Assembly (NCBI RefSeq): GCF_009914755.1
Contig: NC_060948.1
Strand: one strand, 5' to 3'
Length of the DNA: 64,000 nucleotides
Source of the DNA: the human T2T-CHM13v2.0 reference genome, Homo sapiens
The notes beneath the pieces are model-generated. The model ran no database searches and had not been told where the DNA came from. It was given only the letters and a program-made list of their open reading frames with translations. Both the position numbers and the translations under genes were made by a program. Shown here one piece after another: positions 1 to 19,845 of this stretch. Positions within the stretch are counted from its first letter, which is position 1. Each line of letters begins with the position of its first letter.

Positions 1-176
1 TGTATTATGTTATCTATAATTATATAATTTCATATATAAGTTGTATAATATGTATCATATATTATATATGTTATGTAATATATATAGTATATATAAGATG
101 ACACAGGATAAATACTATATACTATGACATATAAAATATATGAGGTTATATGTTACATATAAGGCATAGCACATAA

Positions 177-490
<314 letters not shown>

Positions 491-1062
491 AAGATCCATA
501 TTTTTTAAATGAAAAACAATTTCAAAGGTACTCTGCTTGGTACAATAATCAAATGTATAAACTGAGGAATAAAACATAACCATGAAACCTACTTATAACT
601 GCATATGGAAAATACAGAGGATAATTTTTTAAATAACATATTTTGAAAGCCTTAACTAGTAATTTGAAGAGTTGGCATGTGAAAGGCCAGTATGAATATA
701 CCTTCAAAGCAGCAACACAGGTTCCCCATGAGAAAAAGCAAACACAGGGAAAATAAAAACACAAAGGTTCAATCTCTTCTGACCTTTGAAAGACACAGCA
801 CAGACAGTGGTCCTTAGGACGAAGAGCAGGAGACCCCTAATTCCGTCACCATGGCGATAGGGCATAAACATTGCTGGGTGAGGGCACAATCCACATTGTG
901 AGGTCCAACTGCTGCCAGGAAGACAGGAGTGCTTTTACATAGACCGAAATGTCATTGAAGGCTCAGAGTTTTGTTTCAAGAACTGAATCCCAAGCCCACA
1001 CGTTATTAGGCTGCGCTTCTTAAAACAAGTTATGAGATGGGAAAAAGGGCACCCACAAACAT
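491..1062. repeat. HSATI-type GC-richer segment of unit 1 (present after every Alu; boundaries approximate)
   Basis: Complex, non-low-complexity sequence between the Alu 5' end and the AT-rich block, nearly invariant in all 27 copies. It matches the known tripartite DYZ2 layout. Confidence 0.85.
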
Positions 1063-2910
<1,848 letters not shown>

Positions 2911-5016
2911 AAGATCCATATTTTTTAAATGAAAAAAAATTTCAAAGGTACTCTGCTTGGTACAATAATCAAATGTATAAACTGAGGAATAAAACATAAC
3001 CATGAAACCTACTTATAACTGCATATGGAAAATACAGAGGATAATTTTTTAAATAACATATTTTGAAAGCCTTAACTAGTAATTTGAAGAGTTGGCATTT
3101 GAAAGGCCAGTATGAATATACCTTCAAAGCAGCAACACAGGTTCCCCATGAGAAAAAGCAAACACAGGGAAAATAAAAACACAAAGGTTCAATCTCTTCT
3201 GACCTTTGAAAGACACAGCACAGACAGTGGTCCTTAGGACGAAGAGCAGGAGACCCCTAATTCCGTCACCATGGCGATAGGGCATAAACATTGCTGGGTG
3301 AGGGCACAATCCACATTGTGAGGTCCAACTGCTGCCAGGAAGACAGGAGTGCTTTTACATAGACCGAAAGGTCATTGAAGGCTCAGAGTTTTGTTTCAAG
3401 AACTGAATCCCAAGCCCACACGTTATTAGGCTGCGCTTCTTAAAACAAGTTATGAGATGGGAAAAAGGGCACCCACAAACATACGTATACATTATGTATA
3501 TAATAATATACAGTATCATATATATAATATATATAACCTATGTATAATATTGTTTTACATCCTGCATCTTATGTTATATATATTGTATAAAATATAATAA
3601 TTGATAATATATAAGTTTTATAATTATACAATATGACATATAGTATATATTATAATTTATGACATATATAATATATGTTATATGTCATATATAGAATATA
3701 TTATACGGTTAATATACGTATTAAATATAAATTATACATTCTATATATTGTATATAATATATCTGTTATATATAATAGCCATTATGCATAATATATATAT
3801 TATGTCTATGTTATATATAGTATAAAACAACATATAATAATATATAATTGTATATATAAAATGCGACATATAATATATATTATATTTTATAACATATGAA
3901 ATATATATTATATATTATATATAATACGTTGTATGTATAATACCTATATTAAATATATATTATATGACTATGTTAGTAATTACATGTCACATGTGTTATA
4001 TATTATATATTTTACATAGAATATACCGGTTACATACAATATATACTATGTTACCTATAATGTATTATTTATTACATGTAAAATAAAGAATGCAATATAT
4101 TATGTATAATTTATAATATACCATATGTGGAATGTCATATATATAACATATAATATATGATATATGATATACAGTATATGATATATAACATACAATATAT
4201 GATTCCTAATACATATGGTATACAATATATATTTTATGATATGTATTCTATATGTTTTATATTCTGTTATATATAACTATTTGAAATTATATATAACTGT
4301 ATAATATTTTATGTAAATATGTAATATAATATATATAACTATATAATATATTATATATAACTATATATTATGTTATATATACTTTTATAACATAATTTAC
4401 ATAAAATATCATAATATAATATATATTACATTATTTCATATTACATAATATATATTACATATCACCCAATATAACTAACATACATAATATTATAATATAG
4501 ATTATAATATGTTATATTAAATATCATATATATCATGTATCATATATTCTATAATATATATTACACATTATATAATATGTATGTTGTCTATTATGTGATA
4601 TATATAACTCTATATATAATTATATTTTTATACATATAACTAGATAAACATGTAATTCTACATATTTTCATTTATAATATGTAGAATTATATAATCATAT
4701 ATAATTATTTATATTCTATAAAAAATTTTATCATTATATTAATTATAATATATAAAAATTATAATATGTACTACAAATATATATATTATATATCATATAT
4801 GATATAGTACCTTTGTTATATATCATAATACATATAAATGTGTATTATGTTATCTATAATTATATAATTTCATATATAAGATATATAATATGTATCATAT
4901 ATTACATATGTTATGTAATATATGTAGTATATATAAGATGACACAGGATAAATATTATATACTATGACATATAAAATATATGAGGTTATATGTTACATAT
5001 AAGGCATAGCACATAA

Positions 5017-5330
<314 letters not shown>

Positions 5331-7436
5331 AAGATCCATATTTTTTAAATGAAAAAAAATTTCAAAGGTACTCTGCTTGGTACAATAATCAAATGTATAA
5401 ACTGAGGAATAAAACATAACCATGAAACCTACTTATAACTGCATATGGAAAATACAGAGGATAATTTTTTAAATAACATATTTTGAAAGCCTTAACTAGT
5501 AATTTGAAGAGTTGGCATTTGAAAGGCCAGTATGAATATACCTTCAAAGCAGCAACACAGGTTCCCCATGAGAAAAAGCAAACACAGGGAAAATAAAAAC
5601 ACAAAGGTTCAATCTCTTCTGACCTTTGAAAGACACAGCACAGACAGTGGTCCTTAGGACGAAGAGCAGGAGACCCCTAATTCCGTCACCATGGCGATAG
5701 GGCATAAACATTGCTGGGTGAGGGCACAATCCACATTGTGAGGTCCAACTGCTGCCAGGAAGACAGGAGTGCTTTTACATAGACCGAAAGGTCATTGAAG
5801 GCTCAGAGTTTTGTTTCAAGAACTGAATCCCAAGCCCACACGTTATTAGGCTGCGCTTCTTAAAACAAGTTATGAGATGGGAAAAAGGGCACCCACAAAC
5901 ATACGTATACATTATGTATATAATAATATACAGTATCATATATATAATATATATAACCTATGTATAATATTGTTTTACATCCTGCATCTTATGTTATATA
6001 TATTGTATAAAATATAATAATTGATAATATATAAGTTTTATAATTATACAATATGACATATAGTATATATTATAATTTATGACATATATAATATATGTTA
6101 TATGTCATATATAGAATATATTATACGGTTAATATACGTATTAAATATAAATTATACATTCTATATATTATATATAATATATCTGTTATATATAATACCC
6201 ATTATGCATAATATATATATTATGTCTATGTTATATATAGTATAAAACAACATATAATAATATATAATTGTATATATAAAATGCGACATATAATATATAT
6301 TATATTTTATAACATATGAAATATATATTATATATTATATATAATACGTTGTATGTATAATACCTATATTAAATATATATTATATGACTATGTTATTAAT
6401 TACATGTCACATGTGTTATATATTATATATTTTACATAGAATATACCGGTTACATACAATATATACTATGTTACCTATAATGTATTATTTATTACATGTA
6501 AAATAAAGAATGCAATATATTATGTATAATTTATAATATACCATATGTGGAATGTCATATATATAACATATAATATATGATATATGATATACAGTATATG
6601 ATATATAACATACAATATATGATTCCTAATACATATGGTATACAATATATATTTTATGATATGTATTCTATATGTTTTATATTCTGTTATATATAACTAT
6701 TTGAAATTATATATAACTGTATAATATTTTATGTAAATATGTAATATAATATATATAACTATATAATATATTATATATAACTATATATTATGTTATATAT
6801 ACTTTTATAACATAATTTACATAAAATATCATAATATAATATATATTATATTATTTCATATTACATAATATATATTACATATCACCCAATATAACTAACA
6901 TACATAATATTATTATATAGATTATATTATGTTATATTAAATATCATATATATCATGTATCATATATTCTATAATATATATTACACATTATATAATATGT
7001 ATGTTGTCTATTATGTGATATATATAACTCTATATATAATTATATTTTTATACATATAACTAGATAAACATGTAATTCTACATATTTTCATTTATAATAT
7101 GTAGAATTATATAATCATATATAATTATTTATATTCTATAAAAAATTTTATCATTATATAAATTATAATATATAAAAATTATAATATGTACTACAAATAT
7201 ATATATTATATATCATATATGATATAGTACCTTTGTTATATATCATAATACATATAAATGTGTATTATGTTATCTATAATTATATAATTTCATATATAAG
7301 ATGTATAATATGTATCATATATTATATATGTTATGTAATATATGTAGTATATATAAGATGACACAGGATAAATATTATATACTATGACATATAAAATATA
7401 TGAGGTTATATGTTACATATAAGGCATAGCACATAA

Positions 7437-7750
<314 letters not shown>

Positions 7751-9849
7751 AAGATCCATATTTTTTAAATGAAAAAAAATTTCAAAGGTACTCTGCTTGG
7801 TACAATAATCAAATGTATGAACTGAGGAATAAAACATAACCATGAAACCTACTTATAACTGCATATGGAAAATACAGAGGATAATTTTTTAAATAACATA
7901 TTTTGAAAGCCTTAACTAGTAATTTGAAGAGCTGGCATTTGAAAGGCCAGTATGAATATACCTTCAAAGCAGCAACACAGGTTCCCCATGAGAAAAAGCA
8001 AACACAGGGAAAATAAAAACACAAAGGTTCAATCTCTTCTGACCTTTGAAAGACACAGCACAGACAGTGGTCCTTAGGACGAAGAGCAGGAGACCCCTAA
8101 TTCCGTCACCATGGCGATAGGGCATAAACATTGCTGGGTGAGGGCACAATCCACATTGTGAGGTCCAACTGCTGCCAGGAAGACAGGAGTGCTTTTACAT
8201 AGACCGAAAGGTCATTGAAGGCTCAGAGTTTTGTTTCAAGAACTGAATCCCAAGCCCACACGTTATTAGGCTGCGCTTCTTAAAACAAGTTATGAGATGG
8301 GAAAAAGGGCACCCACAAACATACGTATACATTATGTATATAATAATATACAGTATCATATATATAATATATATAACCTATGTATAATATTGTTTTACAT
8401 CCTGCATCTTATGTTATATATATTGTATAAAATATAATAATTGATAATATATAAGTTTTATAATTATACAATACGACATATAGTATATATTATAATTTAT
8501 GACATATATAATATATGTTATATGTCATATATAGAATATATTATACGGTTAATATACGTATTAAATATAAATTATACATTCTATATATTGTATATAATAT
8601 ATCTGTTATATATAATAGCCATTATGCATAATATATATATTCTGTCTATGTTATATATAGTATAAAACAACATATAATAATATATAATTGTATATATAAA
8701 ATGCGACATATAATATATATTATATTTTATAACATATGAAATATATATTATATATTATATATAATACGTTGTATGTATAATACCTATATTAAATATATAT
8801 TATATGACTATGTTATTAATTACATGTCACATGTGTTATATATTATATATTTTACATAGAATATACCGGTTACATACAATATATACTATGTTACCTATAA
8901 TGTATAATTTATTACATGTAAAATAAAGAATGCAATATATTATGTATAATTTATAATATACCATATGTGGAATGTGATATATATAACATATAATATATGA
9001 TATATGATATACAGTATATGATATATAACATACAATATATGATTCCTAATATATATGGTATACAATATATATTTTATGATATGTATTCTCTATGTTTTAT
9101 ATTCTGTTATATATAACTATTTGAAATTATATATAACTGTATAATATTTTATGTAAATATGTAATATAATATATATAACTATATAATATATTATATATAA
9201 CTATATATTATGTTATATATACTTTTATAACATAATTTACATAAAATATCATAATATAATATATATTATATTATTTCATATTACATAATATATATTACAT
9301 ATCACCCAATATAACAAACATACATAATATTATAATATAGATTATATTGTGTTATATTAAATATCATATATATCATGTATCATATATTCTATAATATATA
9401 TTAAACATTATATAATATGTACGTTGTCTATTATGTGATATATATAACTATATATATAATTATATTTTTATACATATAACTGGATAAACATGTAATTCTA
9501 CATATTTTCATTTATAATATGTAGAATTATTTAATCATATATAATTTTTTATATTCTATAAAAAATTTTATCATATTATAAATTATAATATATAAAAATT
9601 ATAATATGTACTACAAATATATATATTATATATCATATATGATATAGTACCTTTGTTATATATCACAATACATATAAATGTGTATTATGTTATCTATAAT
9701 TATATAATTTCATATATAAGATGTATAATATGTATTATATATTGTATATGTTATGTAATATATATAGTATATATAAGCTGACACAGGATAAATATTATAT
9801 ACTATGACATATAAAATATATGAGGTTATATGTTACATATAAGGCATAG

Positions 9850-10170
<321 letters not shown>

Positions 10171-12269
10171 AAGATCCATATTTTTTAAATGAAAAAAAAT
10201 TTCAAAGGTACTCTGCTTGGTACAATAATCAAATGTATAAACTGAGGAATAAAACATAACCATGAAACCTACTTATAACTGCATATGGAAAATACAGAGG
10301 ATAATTTTTTAAATAACATATTTTGAAAGCCTTAACTAGTAATTTGAAGAGTTGGCATTTGAAAGGCCAGTATGAATATACCTTCAAAGCAGCAACACAG
10401 GTTCCCCATGAGAAACAGCAAACTCAGGGAAAATAAAAACACAAAGGTTCAATCTCTTCTGACCTTTGAAAGACACAGCACAGACAGTGGTCCTTAGGAC
10501 GAAGAGCAGGAGACCCCTAATTCCGTCACCATGGCGATAGGGCATAAACATTGCTGGGTGAGGGCACAATCCACATTGTGAGGTCCAACTGCTGCCAGGA
10601 AGACAGGAGTGCTTTTACATAGACCGAAATGTCATTGAAGGCTCAGAGTTTTGTTTCAAGAACTGAATCCCAAGCCCACACGTTATTAGGCTGCGCTTCT
10701 TAAAACAAGTTATGAGATGGGAAAAAGGGCACCCACAAACATACGTATACATTATGTATATAATAATATACAGTATCATATATATAATATATATAACCTA
10801 TGTATAATATTGTTTTACATCCTGCATCTTATATTATATATATTGTCTAAAATATAATAATTGATAATATATAAGTTTTATATTTATACAATATGACACA
10901 TAGTATATATTATAATTTATGACATATATAATATATGTTATATATCATATATAGAATATATTATACGGTTAATATACGTATTAAATATAAATTATACATT
11001 ATATATATTATATATAATATATCTGTTATATATAATACCCATTATGCATAATATGTATATTATGTCTATGTTATATATAGTATAAAACAACATATAATAA
11101 TACATAATTGTATATATAAAATGCGACATATAATATATATTTTATTTTATGACATATGTAATATATATTATATATTATATATAATACGTTGTATGTATAA
11201 TACCTATATTAAATATATATTATATGACTATGTTATTAATTACATGTCACATATGTTATATATTATATATTTTACATAGAATATACCGGTTACATACAAT
11301 ATATACTGTGTTACCTATAATGTATAATTGATTACATGTAAAATAAAGAATGCAATATATTATGTATAATTTATAATATACAATATGTGGAATGTGATAT
11401 ATATAACATATAATATATGATATATGATATACAGTATATGATATATAACATACAATATATGATACCTAGTATATATGGTATACAATATATATTTTATGAT
11501 ATGTATTCTTTATGTTTTATATTCTGTTATATATAACTATTTGAAGTTATATATAACTGTATAATATTTTATGTAAATATGTAATATAATATATATAACT
11601 ATATAATATATTATATATAACTATATATTATGTTATATATACTTTTATATCATAATTTACATAAAATGTCATAATATAATATATATTATATTATTCCACA
11701 TTACATAATATATATTACATATCACCCAATATAAGTAACATAGATAATATTATAATATAGATTATATTATGTTATATTAAATATCATATATATCATGTAT
11801 CATATATTCTATAATATATATTACACATTATATAATATGTATGTTGTCTATTATGTGATATATATAACTATATATATAATTATATTATTATACATATAAC
11901 TAGATAAACATGTAATTCTACATATTTTCATTTATAATATATAGAATTATGTAATCATATATAATTATTTATATTCTATAAAAAATTATATCATTATATA
12001 AATTATAATATAAAAAAATTATAATATGTACTACAAATATATATATTATATATCATATATGATATAGTACCTTTGTTATATATCATAATACATATAAATG
12101 TGTATTATGTTATCTATAATTATATAATTTCATATATAAGATGTATAATATGTATTATATATTGTATATGTTATGTAATGTATATAGTATATATAAGCTG
12201 ACACAGGATAAATATTATATACCATGACATATAAAATATATGAGGTTATATGTTACATATAAGGCATAG

Positions 12270-12589
<320 letters not shown>

Positions 12590-14716
12590 AAGATCCATAT
12601 TTTTTAAATGAAAAAAAATTTCAAAGGTACTCTGCTTGGTACAATAATCAAATGTATAAACTGAGGAATAAAACATAACCATGAAACCTACTTATAACTG
12701 CATATGGAAAATACAGAGGATAATTTTTTAAATAACATATTTTGAAAGCCTTAACTAGTAATTTGAAGAGTTGGCATTTGAAAGGCCAGTATGAATATAC
12801 CTTCAAAGCAGCAACACAGGTTCCCCATGAGAAACAGCAAACTCAGGGAAAATAAAACCACAAAGGTTCAAGCTCTTCTGACCTTTGAAAGACACAGCAC
12901 AGACAGTGGTCCTTAGGACGAAGAGCAGGAGACCCCTAATTCCGTCACCATGGCGATAGGGCATAAACATTGCTGGGTGAGGGCACAATCCACATTGTGA
13001 GGTCCAACTGCTGCCAGGAAGACAGGAGTGCTTTTACATAGACCGAAAGGTCATTGAAGGCTCAGAGTTTTGTTTCAAGAACTGAATCCCAAGCCCACAC
13101 TTTATTAGGCTGCGCTTCTTAAAACAAGTTATGAGATGGGAAAAAGGGCACCCACAAACATACGTATACATTATGTATATAATAATATACAGTATCAAAT
13201 ATATAATATATATAACCTATGTATAATATTGTTTTACATCCTGCATCTTATATTATATATATTGTCTAAAATATAATAATTGATAATATATAAGTTTTAT
13301 ATTTATACAATATGACATATAGTATATATTTTAATTTATGACATATATAATATATGTTATATATCATATATAGAATATATTATACGGTTAATATACGTAT
13401 TAAATATAAATTATACATTATATATATGATATATAATATATCTGTTATATATAATACCCATTATGCATAATATGTATATTATGTCTATGTTATATATAGT
13501 ATAAAACAACATATAATAATATATAATTGTATATATAAAATGCGACATATAATATATATTATATTTTATGACATATGTAATATATATTATATATTATATA
13601 TAATACGTTGTATGTATAATACCTATATTAAATATATATTATATGACTATGTTATTAATTACATGTCACATGTGTTATATATCATATATTTTACATAGAA
13701 TATACCGGTTACATACAATATATACTATGTTACCTATAATGTATAATTGATTACATGTAAAATAAAGAATGCAATATATTATGTATAATTTATAATATAC
13801 AATATGTGGAATGTGATATATATAACATATAATATATGATATATGATATACAGTATATGATATATAACATACAATATATGATACCTAGTATATATGGTAT
13901 ACAATATATATTTTATGATATGTATTCTATATGTTTTATATTCTGTTATATATAACTATTTGAAATTATATATAACTGTATAATATTTTATGTAAATATG
14001 TAATATAATATATATAACTATATAATATATTATATATAACTATATATTATGTTATATATACTTTTATATCATAATTTACATAAAATGTCATAATATAATA
14101 TATATTATATTATTTCATATTACATAATATATATTACATATCACCCAATATAAGTAACATACATAATATTATAATATAGATTATATTATGTTATGTTAAA
14201 TATCATATATATCATGTATCATATATTCTATAATATATATTATACATTATATAATATGTATGTTGTCTATTATGTGATATATATAACTATATATTATTAT
14301 ATTATTATACATATAACTAGATAAACATGTAATTCTACATATTTTCATTTATAATATATAGAATTATATAATCATATATAATTATTTATATTCTATAAAA
14401 AATTATATCATTATATAAATTATAATATAAAAAAATTATAATATGTACTACAAATATATATATTATATATCATATATGATATAGTACCTTTGTTATATAT
14501 CATAATACATATAAATGTGTATTATGTTATCTATAATTATATAATTTCATATATAAGATGTATAATATGTATTATATATTGTATATGTTATGTAATATAT
14601 ATAGTATGTATAAGCTGACACAGGATAAATATTATATACTATGACATATAAAATATATGAGGTTATATGTTACATATAAGGCATAGCACATAACATGTAA
14701 TATATATCATATATAA

Positions 14717-15007
14717 TTTTTTTTTAGACAGAGTCTTGTCGTGTTGCACAGTGTGAAGTACAATGGCGCCATCTTTGCTCACTGCAACATCTGCCTCACG
14801 GGTCCAAGCGATTGTCCTCACTCAACCTCTCAGGTAGCTGGGAGTACACCACACTGGGACTACACCAGCTGCCACCATGCCTAGCTAATTTTTTGGATTT
14901 TTAGTAGTGACAGCCTTTCACTGTATTGGCCAGGATGGTCTTGATCTCTTCACCTTGTGATCCCCTTGCCTTGGCCTCCAAAATTGCTGGGATTACAGGC
15001 CTGAGGC
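14717..15007 (-). mobile_element. Alu copy in DYZ2 unit U7 (divergent subfamily)
   Basis: Same Alu; variants tgaagtac, caacctctcagg and ggagtacacc. Confidence 0.95.
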
Positions 15008-17134
15008 AAGATCCATATTTTTTAAATGAAAAAAAATTTCAAAGGTACTCTGCTTGGTACAATAATCAAATGTATAAACTGAGGAATAAAACATAACCAT
15101 GAAACCTACTTATAACTGCATATGGAAAATACAGAGGATAATTTTTTAAATAACATATTTTGAAAGCCTTAACTAGTAATTTGAAGAGTTGGCATTTGAA
15201 AGGCCAGTATGAATATACCTTCAAAGCAGCAACACAGGTTCCCCATGAGAAACAGCAAACTCAGGGAAAATAAAACCACAAAGGTTCAAGCTCTTCTGAC
15301 CTTTGAAAGACACAGCACAGACAGTGGTCCTTAGGACGAAGAGCAGGAGACCCCTAATTCCGTCACCATGGCGATAGGGCATAAACATTGCTGGGTGAGG
15401 GCACAATCCACATTGTGAGGTCCAACTGCTGCCAGGAAGACAGGAGTGCTTTTACATAGACCGAAAGGTCATTGAAGGCTCAGAGTTTTGTTTCAAGAAC
15501 TGAATCCCAAGCCCACACTTTATTAGGCTGCGCTTCTTAAAACAAGTTATGAGATGGGAAAAAGGGCACCCACAAACATACGTATACATTATGTATATAA
15601 TAATATACAGTATCAAATATATAATATATATAACCTATGTATAATATTGTTTTACATCCTGCATCTTATATTATATATATTGTCTAAAATATAATAATTG
15701 ATAATATATAAGTTTTATATTTATACAATATGACATATAGTATATATTTTAATTTATGACATATATAATATATGTTATATATCATATATAGAATATATTA
15801 TACGGTTAATATACGTATTAAATATAAATTATACATTATATATATGATATATAATATATCTGTTATATATAATACCCATTATGCATAATATGTATATTAT
15901 GTCTATGTTATATATAGTATAAAACAACATATAATAATATATAATTGTATATATAAAATGCGACATATAATATATATTATATTTTATGACATATGTAATA
16001 TATATTATATATTATATATAATACGTTGTATGTATAATACCTATATTAAATATATATTATATGACTATGTTATTAATTACATGTCACATGTGTTATATAT
16101 CATATATTTTACATAGAATATACCGGTTACATACAATATATACTATGTTACCTATAATGTATAATTGATTACATGTAAAATAAAGAATGCAATATATTAT
16201 GTATAATTTATAATATACAATATGTGGAATGTGATATATATAACATATAATATATGATATATGATATACAGTATATGATATATAACATACAATATATGAT
16301 ACCTAGTATATATGGTATACAATATATATTTTATGATATGTATTCTATATGTTTTATATTCTGTTATATATAACTATTTGAAATTATATATAACTGTATA
16401 ATATTTTATGTAAATATGTAATATAATATATATAACTATATAATATATTATATATAACTATATATTATGTTATATATACTTTTATATCATAATTTACATA
16501 AAATGTCATAATATAATATATATTATATTATTTCATATTACATAATATATATTACATATCACCCAATATAAGTAACATACATAATATTATAATATAGATT
16601 ATATTATGTTATGTTAGATATCATATATATCATGTATCATATATTCTATAATATATATTATACATTATATAATATGTATGTTGTCTATTATGTGATATAT
16701 ATAACTATATATTATTATATTATTATACATATAACTAGATAAACATGTAATTCTACATATTTTCATTTATAATATATAGAATTATATAATCATATATAAT
16801 TATTTATATTCTATAAAAAATTATATCATTATATAAATTATAATATAAAAAAATTATAATATGTACTACAAATATATATATTATATATCATATATGATAT
16901 AGTACCTTTGTTATATATCATAATACATATAAATGTTTATTATGCTATCTATAATTATATAATTTCATATATAAGATGTATAATATGTATTATATATTGT
17001 ATATGTTATGTAATATATATAGTATATATAAGCTGACACAGGATAAATATTATATACTATGACATATAAAGTATATGAGGTTATATGTTACATATAAGGC
17101 ATAGCACATAACATGTAATATATATCATATATAA

Positions 17135-17425
17135 TTTTTTTTTAGACAGAGTCTTGTCGTGTTGCACAGGGTGAAGTACAATGGCGCCATCTTTGCTCAC
17201 TGCAACATCTGCCTCACGGGTCCAAGCGATTGTCCTCCCTCAACCTCTCAGGTAGCTGGGAGTACACCACACTGGGACTACACCAGCTGCCACCATGCCT
17301 AGCTAATTTTTTGGATTTTTAGTAGTGACAGCGTTTCACTGTATTGGCCAGGATGGTCTTGATCTCTTCACCTTGTGATCCCCTTGCCTTGGCCTCCAAA
17401 TTTGCTGGGATTACAGGCCTGAGCC
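17135..17425 (-). mobile_element. Alu copy in DYZ2 unit U8 (divergent subfamily)
   Basis: Same Alu; shares the U7 variants. Confidence 0.95.
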
Positions 17426-19531
17426 AAGATCCATATTTTTTAAATGAAAAAAAATTTCAAAGGTACTCTGCTTGGTACAATAATCAAATGTATAAACTGA
17501 GGAATAAAACATAACCATGAAACCTACTTATAACTGCATATGGAAAATACAGAGGATAATTTTTTAAATAACATATTTTGAAAGCCTTAACTAGTAATTT
17601 GAAGAGTTGGCATTTGAAAGGCCAGTATGAATATACCTTCAAAGCAGCAACACAGGTTCCCCATGAGAAACAGCAAACTCAGGGAAAATAAAACCACAAA
17701 GGTTCAAGCTCTTCTGACCTTTGAAAGACACAGCACAGACAGTGGTCCTTAGGACGAAGAGCAGGAGACCCCTAATTCCGTCACCATGGCGATAGGGCAT
17801 AAACATTGCTGGGTGAGGGCACAATCCACATTGTGAGGTCCAACTGCTGCCAGGAAGACAGGAGTGCTTTTACATAGACCGAAAGGTCATTGAAGGCTCA
17901 GAGTTTTGTTTCAAGAACTGAATCCCAAGCCCACACGTTATTAGGCTGCGCTTCTTAAAACAAGTTATGAGATGGGAAAAAGGGCACCCACAAACAAACG
18001 TATACATTATGTATATAATAATATACAGTATCATATATAAAATATGTATAACCTATGTATAATATTGTTTTACATCCTGCATCTTATATTATATATATTG
18101 TCTAAAATATAATAATTGATAATATATAAGTTTTATATTTATACAATATGACATATAGTATATATTATACTTTATGACATATATAATATATGTTATATAT
18201 CATATATAGAATATATTATACGGTTAATATACGTATTAAATATAAATTATACATTATATATATGATATAAAATATATCTGTTATATATAATACCCATTAT
18301 GCATAATATATATATTATGTCTATGTTATATATAGTATAAAACAACATATAATAATATATAATTGTATATATAAAATGCGACATATAATATATATTATAT
18401 TTTATGACATATGTAATATATATTATATATTATATATAATACTTTGTATGTATAATACCTATATAAAATATATATTATATGACTATGTTATTAATTACAT
18501 GTCACATGTGTTATATATTATATATTTTACATAGAATATACCGGTTACATACAATATATACTATGTTACCTATAATGTATAATTTATTACATGTAAAATA
18601 AAGAATGGAATATATTATGTATAATTTATAATATGCCATATGTGGAATGTGATATATATAACATATAATATATGATATATGATATACAGTATATGATATA
18701 TAACATACAATATATGATTCCTAATATATATGGTATACAATATATATTTTATGATATGTATTCTATATGTTTTATATTCTGTTATATATAACTATTTGAA
18801 ATTATATATAACTGTATAATATTTTATGTAAATATGTAATATAATATATATAACTATATAATATATTATATATAACTATATATTATGTTATATATACTTT
18901 TATAACATAATTTACATAAAATATCATAATATAATATATATTATATTATTTCATATTACATAATATATATTACATATCACCCAATATAACTAACATACAT
19001 AATATTATAATATAGATTATATTGTGTTATGTTAAATATCATATATATCATGTATCATATATTCTATAATATATATTACACATTATATAATATGTATGTT
19101 GTCTATTATGTGATATATATAACTCTATATATAATTATATTTTTATACATATAACTAGATAAACATGTAATTCTACATATTTTCATTTATAATATGTAGA
19201 ATTATATAATCATATATAATTATTTATATTCTATAAAAAATTTTATCATTATATAAATTATAATATATAAAAATTATAATATGTACTACAAATATATATA
19301 TTATATATCATATATGATATAGTACCTTTGTTATATATCATAATACATATAAATGTGTATTATGTTATCTATAATTATATAATTTCATATATAAGATGTA
19401 TAATATGTATCATATATTATATATGTTATGTAATATATATAGTATATATAAGATGACACAGGATAAATATTATATACTATGACATATAAAATATATGAGG
19501 TTATATGTTACATATAAGGCATAGCACATAA

Positions 19532-19845
<314 letters not shown>

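Noticed and set aside
520-791. Possible MITE bounded by the 10-bp inverted repeat TTTCAAAGGT/ACCTTTGAAA
   Set aside because: The repeat is short, has no evident target-site duplication, and matches no DNA-transposon terminus I recognise.
549-889. Recurring minus-strand ORFs of 71 aa (MCFYFPCV...) and 61 aa (MCPHPAMF...)
   Set aside because: They are short, overlapping, begin at non-ATG codons and resemble no protein family I recognise. They recur only because the unit is repeated, and the 71-aa ORF is lost in U5-U8.
8441-8665. 74-aa Ile/Tyr-rich ORF
   Set aside because: It is a translation of AT-rich low-complexity DNA, opened by one private substitution (atacgac) in a single unit.
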